DNA from: Nitrososphaerota archaeon | GTDB lineage: Archaea > Thermoproteota > EX4484-205 > JAAOZP01 | Length of the DNA stretch: 59,647 bases | Direction of reading: 5' to 3' | NCBI GenBank assembly: GCA_011605725.1 | Contig: JAAOZP010000005.1 | Coordinates: 1 to 59,647, forward strand | Program-made: the position numbers and the translations under genes | Notes under the pieces: model-generated | Database searches by the model: none | Seen by the model: only the letters and a program-made list of their open reading frames with translations | Told to the model about the DNA's origin: nothing | In this document: positions 57,177 to 59,647 of the stretch, piece by piece | How the letters are laid out: the number at the start of each line of letters is the position of its first letter | Position numbering within the stretch: the first letter of the stretch is position 1

Positions 57177-58478
57177 TCAAATTGGTGGTGGAAATATTAC
57201 TCCTCCGAAGAAGACGTATGCAGATAGTAAAGATAACGCTATATCCAGCAGGGTCGCCGCCGTGAAGACCAGCAGGGGTTTACCGCGTCCTATCTTGAAC
57301 AGATCCTTGAAGCTTGTATTTAACCCTATGCATACAAAAGCCATTGCAAAAAACCATGAGCGTATATTCTTTACTTGATTAATGATAGTGCTTGTCGCAA
57401 CGCTTCCGAAGGCTGGAATGAACAGGAAGGAGGATAGGGCCGAAGTCGCTACAAAGCCCAAGACAAACTTTGGAAACCTGTACCATATTTCAATGGGCTT
57501 TGGTTTCTCACCCGGGTTCCTCTCAACCCTGAGAGTCCAGTAAACCGCTAAAGCAAAAGCAGCTATACCGATCAAAGTGTTCTGTGACATTTTGATTATA
57601 GATGCTACCTGCATAGCCTTGTCACTATATAGGGCACCTGCGGCTACGACGGCTGGTGTTGTATCGATTGTTCCTCCTATCCACGCGCCTGCAACCGCAT
57701 CGGGCATTCCGATGGTCTTTGCTATAAGTGGCATTAGGACTAGCAAAGGTATGGAGAAGAGGAGCACGAGTGAAATCGTGTAGCTCACTTCCTTCGGATC
57801 CCCTTTAACAGCTCCTCCCGTGGCTATTGCTGCAGAAACTCCACAGATCGAAGTTGCACTCGCCATAACGCAGGCAAAGGACCTGCTTAAGCCTAGTTTA
57901 ATCGCTAGATAATAGCAGAAGTACCAAACTGTAAATAGTCCCACTGTTATCTCGAATAATCCGAAGGCTCCGGCGGAAAGCAGCGTGTTGAAAAGTATTT
58001 CTGTGCCGAGTAAGACTAAACCGGTTTTTATGAATAGCTCCGTTTTAATGGAAGACTTAAGCCGCCCAGGCAGACCAACCACATTGCTTATAAACATTCC
58101 AAGCAACAGGGCCCAGAGAACATATTCTAAACCCAAATAATTAACGTAGCTCTGATTAGCTATCAGTATGGCTATAAATGACAACGCAAAAACTAGAGGG
58201 AAGCCTAATGCATACTCTTTCAGGCTATTTTTCATTGCTACAATGGATATGCTGCTTATAATTAGCAGGAGCAAGGCCAGAGCTGCAAAATACGGTAAGC
58301 TCGAAATACCTATGTAGGAGAAGACATCCGTGCCCCATCTGCCTATCTTCGGAATCCATGGGAGAAGGTTGGCAACAGATAATCCTAATAGGGCAAAACC
58401 TAACCAAACAGCCCACCAATCCTCACTCCTATAAAGCGACGACCATTTCCTTGTTTCTTTCGATTTAGATGCTTCCAA
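57177..58478 (-). CDS. YeiH/PSE (putative sulfate exporter) family transporter
   Basis: SEDWWAVWLG, ELFIKTGLVLLG, SICGVSAAIA, GAWIGGTIDTT..VVAAG, KMSQN, RFPKFVLGF. Confidence 0.92.
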   Translation of the reverse strand: MEASKSKETRKWSSLYRSEDWWAVWLGFALLGLSVANLLPWIPKIGRWGTDVFSYIGISSLPYFAALALLLLIISSISIVAMKNSLKEYALGFPLVFALSFIAILIANQSYVNYLGLEYVLWALLLGMFISNVVGLPGRLKSSIKTELFIKTGLVLLGTEILFNTLLSAGAFGLFEITVGLFTVWYFCYYLAIKLGLSRSFACVMASATSICGVSAAIATGGAVKGDPKEVSYTISLVLLFSIPLLVLMPLIAKTIGMPDAVAGAWIGGTIDTTPAVVAAGALYSDKAMQVASIIKMSQNTLIGIAAFALAVYWTLRVERNPGEKPKPIEIWYRFPKFVLGFVATSALSSFLFIPAFGSVATSTIINQVKNIRSWFFAMAFVCIGLNTSFKDLFKIGRGKPLLVFTAATLLDIALSLLSAYVFFGGVIFPPPI

Positions 58479-58504
58479 TCCTTGTCACCTCTCAGGGGTT
58501 TTTC

Positions 58505-58519
58505 TATAACCCATTTATA
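58505..58519. promoter_or_regulatory. Operator TATAAC-CCA-TTTATA upstream of the YeiH-family gene
   Basis: One mismatch to the consensus; overlaps the minus-strand TATA. Confidence 0.7.
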
Positions 58520-58596
58520 AAGATTTTCTTAAATGATACTGAAAATTTATGTTTAATCTCGAGAATTGTTAGTTTAATCTTGTCAGAAGAATCATT

Positions 58597-58611
58597 ATTA
58601 CCCCTGGTAAT
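58597..58611. promoter_or_regulatory. Second palindrome ATTAC-CCCTG-GTAAT
   Basis: 54 bp upstream of the thrC operator; same arms as 52991-53005. Confidence 0.5.
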
Positions 58612-58650
58612 TAAAGTGTTTAACTCACAATGCTTTTTCAGAAAGCTTTT

Positions 58651-58665
58651 TATAACCCAGTTATA
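58651..58665. promoter_or_regulatory. Operator TATAAC-CCA-GTTATA (perfect) overlapping the thrC TATA box
   Basis: Perfect arms; TTTTTATAA TATA overlaps the left arm; ATG at 58691. Confidence 0.8.
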
Positions 58666-58690
58666 CTCCAGCCTTTCCAAGGCGTTAAAA

Positions 58691-59647
58691 ATGGTTGATC
58701 CACACGCGGGGCTGACAGAATTCGAAGAGAGTGAACACATAAGATCTCTCAAATGTAGAGAGTGCGGTAGAGAATATCCGCCGACGAAGATATATGCTTG
58801 CGAGCATTGCTTTGCTCCACTTGAAGTCATTTACGACCTTGATTCCATTAATCTCAGTAGGGACCTCTTTAAAAACAGGGAGAAAACTTTATGGCGTTAC
58901 CGAGAACTCCTGCCTTTAAGCAATCATGGAAGGATTATAGATATAGGTGCCGGTTTCACTCCTCTCCAGGAGTGCAAACGTTTAGCTGAAGCCCTAAACC
59001 TAAAGAGGCTTTATGTGAAAAATGACACGGTAAACCCAACCGGGTCTTTTAAGGATAGGCCGGCTTCTGTGGCTGTTTCAAAAGCTCTGGAGCTCGGTTT
59101 CAGAGCTGTTGGATGTGCTTCAACAGGTAACTTGGCGGCAGCTACTGCTGCCCATGCTGCGAAGGCCGGAATTCCATCGTATGTTTTTATACCGTCGAAT
59201 ACGGAGAAAAATAAGATTCTACAGGCAGCAGCCTACGGAGCTAAGATAATAGCGGTTAAAGGCACTTACGATGATGCCAACAGGCTTGCAGCCCAGGCTT
59301 CCGACGAATACGATTGGGCCTTGGTGAACATAAACACGCGTCCATATTATGTAGAGGGCTCTAAAACAATAGCTTTTGAGATTTGTGAGCAAATGGGATG
59401 GAGGGCTCCAGAAAACATTGTGATCCCAATGGGTAGTGGTGCACTCTTATGCGCTGTTTGGAGAGCTCTAAAGCAATTTGAGAAAATAGGGTTGGTCGAT
59501 GAGTTAGGGACAAGGCTCATAGGAGCACAACCAGAAGGATGCTCGCCTATCGCCAGAGCCTTTAAGTTAAGGTCAGAAGAAGTTTTCCCGGTAGAAAATC
59601 CAAAGACGATCGCTAAGAGTTTAGCCATAGGCGATCCCGGTGACGGC
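58691..59647 (+). CDS. thrC: Threonine synthase family protein, 3' end beyond the window
   Basis: Absent from the ORF track (no stop); translated by hand: LKCRECG..C..CFAPL, LWRYRELLP, NPTGSFKDR, CASTGNL, RPYYVEGSKT, QPEGCSPI. Confidence 0.93.
   Translation, partial: MVDPHAGLTEFEESEHIRSLKCRECGREYPPTKIYACEHCFAPLEVIYDLDSINLSRDLFKNREKTLWRYRELLPLSNHGRIIDIGAGFTPLQECKRLAEALNLKRLYVKNDTVNPTGSFKDRPASVAVSKALELGFRAVGCASTGNLAAATAAHAAKAGIPSYVFIPSNTEKNKILQAAAYGAKIIAVKGTYDDANRLAAQASDEYDWALVNINTRPYYVEGSKTIAFEICEQMGWRAPENIVIPMGSGALLCAVWRALKQFEKIGLVDELGTRLIGAQPEGCSPIARAFKLRSEEVFPVENPKTIAKSLAIGDPGDG

Noticed and set aside
58504-59628. Minus-strand ORFs 58504..58830 and 59347..59628
   Set aside because: Antisense to thrC and its promoter
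1-59647. tRNA, rRNA or riboswitch
   Set aside because: None recognised by eye; tRNAscan-SE and Infernal would be needed to exclude them

Overview
Archaeal-type DNA: TATA/BRE promoters about 30 nt from start codons, overlapping ATGA stop/start pairs, an MNT-HEPN pair, and the DUF39/NIL-ferredoxin/UPF0280 trio. It is probably from a carbohydrate-degrading Thermoproteota/TACK lineage such as Brockarchaeota or Bathyarchaeia (inference). Main blocks: (1) toxin-antitoxin modules and gene/IS remnants (1-2.4 kb, 43.2-44.9 kb). (2) A metal/metalloid cluster (4.7-16.6 kb): ABC-2 exporter, ArsD-like, single-domain ArsA, Cys-rich ArsR, COG0523 GTPase, CstA, ECF S/AA/T, methyltransferase. Its cobW-like and cstA promoters are a near-identical 78-bp inverted duplication. 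(3) An uncharacterised membrane module (17.5-29.7 kb) of two giant FtsX/MacB-type permeases, one with a degenerate PA-M28 ectodomain, and two OPT-like transporters, with no adjacent ATPase. (4) Glycan-use genes: sialidase-like, CBM9-like, two DUF5107-TPR paralogues, ceramidase-like, GH38, Gfo/Idh/MocA, GH5-like. (5) A sulfur-assimilation/iron block (50.2-59.6 kb) with five copies of a TATAAC-N3-GTTATA palindrome at its promoters, ending in a thrC cut by the window edge. The most striking non-gene signal is a short palindrome, consensus TAGCGCGCGCTA, with about 20 exact or degenerate copies found by eye. They are almost all intergenic and repeatedly sit where gene fragments, IS ends and the duplicated promoter break off. 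No rRNA, tRNA, CRISPR array or intact transposase/integrase was recognised. All family calls come from motif recognition, not database searches.
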